From Octopus sinensis (Eukaryota), in contig NW_021823765.1 in assembly GCF_006345805.1 (NCBI RefSeq), forward strand, positions 1 through 21,199: DNA of 21,199 nucleotides. The letters run 5' to 3'. The translations under genes and the position numbers were made by a program. The notes under the pieces were generated by a model. That model had not been told where the DNA came from. It saw nothing but the letters and a program-made list of their open reading frames with translations, and searched no databases. Positions 19,960 through 21,199 of the stretch are shown in pieces (positions within the stretch are counted from its first letter, which is position 1; the number at the start of each line of letters is the position of its first letter).

Positions 19960-20882
19960 ACCCTCACCATCATCACCACCACCACCACCACCACCACCAC
20001 CAATCATCATCATAAGCCTTATTATTATTATTCGTTGTTGTTGTTGTTATTATTATTATTGATTTTTCTCAAAGCCATGAATATTTCGTTAAGATATATT
20101 AATTTCTCTTTTCATCTGCATTTCATATTTTCTCCAGTCGAACATATTATCATCATCCGACGACCAACTCCAACCCCCACCCCACCCTCCCCCAATCAAC
20201 CACCCACCCATCCACCCATCCACCCACCACCATCACTGGCAACGACGACGGCGGACACCACCACCACCGCCGTCGCCATTGTTCTTACAACCGAACATCA
20301 CTCCACGTCATCATTTCCCCACTCCACGCACCACCATCATCATCATCAGCATCGTCATCAGTACTACAACCGACATCGTCAGCAAGTCTGCTGCAACCGC
20401 TACATCCATTCGTCATCCACCATCCTCTTGTAATACTACAAAGTAATATCAGTACCATCACTACCATCACAATCATCATCATCATTATCATCATCATCAT
20501 CATCATCATGACTAGCATCGCCATCATTACTGCTGCCACCCCTATCATCATCATCATCACCACCACCACTATCACCACCACCACTACCACCATCATCAGC
20601 ATCATCATAATCAGTTGCCAATCTGATCAATGTCATTATTATTATTATTATTATCAACATTACTATCAGCATCATCATTATGATCATCAACACCATCTTC
20701 ATCACCATCACCACCTCACCATCATCAGCACCACAACCACCACGAACAGCATCATCACCAACGCTATCATCACTTGCAGCACTGCCACTCCCACCATCAC
20801 CAACACCTCCACCACCACCACCACCACCATCACCATCACCATCATCACCACCATCTCCACCACCACCTCCACCACCATCTTC
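19960..20882. repeat. ~900-bp mosaic of trinucleotide repeats (CAC, CAT, TAT, TTG, CGA)
   Basis: Direct inspection; gives poly-H/T/I/P ORFs in several frames on both strands. Confidence 0.9.
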
Positions 20883-20972
20883 CTGGTTATGCTTTAATCT
20901 AATCTGTTAAGTTACAATTCCTGCTGATGCTTGCCCACTCCAGTTATTACATCCAATAATGCTACTATATCG

Positions 20973-21016
<44 letters not shown>

Positions 21017-21199
21017 GTATGTATGTATATATGTATTTATGCATGTGTGTCTGTATGTATGTATGTATTTACAAGTCTATATTCTATTAATATACCATTC
21101 CTGGGGATTCTACCACTACGGTTATTACAGTAGCTGTTTGATGACTCATTGATGTCTGTCCTAAGCAAAAGCAACAAAAAGCTACCAAACACAACAACA

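Noticed and set aside
19915-20910. Poly-His/Thr/Ile/Pro/Met ORFs on both strands
   Set aside because: Trinucleotide mosaics are open in several frames at once; there is no domain and no convincing splice structure.

Overview
Eukaryotic, AT-rich, extremely microsatellite- and transposon-dense DNA. The repeat families and the AT/CA/AAT/GAT microsatellite load look like an octopus (coleoid cephalopod) genome; this is inferred from recognition, not from a search. I find no protein-coding gene I can support. Nearly all ORFs in the track are translations of microsatellites, so the window reads as a long intron or intergenic stretch. It contains: about 10 copies of a tRNA-headed SINE with a Meta-type core, 8 of them packed into 1.6 kb with an orientation switch; several CORE-type SINEs; four copies of a (GAT)n-tailed SINE-like element, one with a CRISPR-mimicking internal repeat array; two decayed RTE LINE 3' ends, one split by a SINE; two TTAA/piggyBac-type MITEs in inverted arrangement; an intact TA-flanked Tc1/mariner(pogo)-type MITE; and a Penelope-type terminal fragment. 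The best leads are RNA-structural: a near-canonical minimal hammerhead ribozyme (5316-5350, +), a degenerate HDV-like ribozyme candidate (7290-7378, -), and several inverted-repeat systems able to form long dsRNA. A few weak exon or regulatory candidates lie in the unique islands. Boundaries of decayed repeats are approximate (about +/-10-20 nt).
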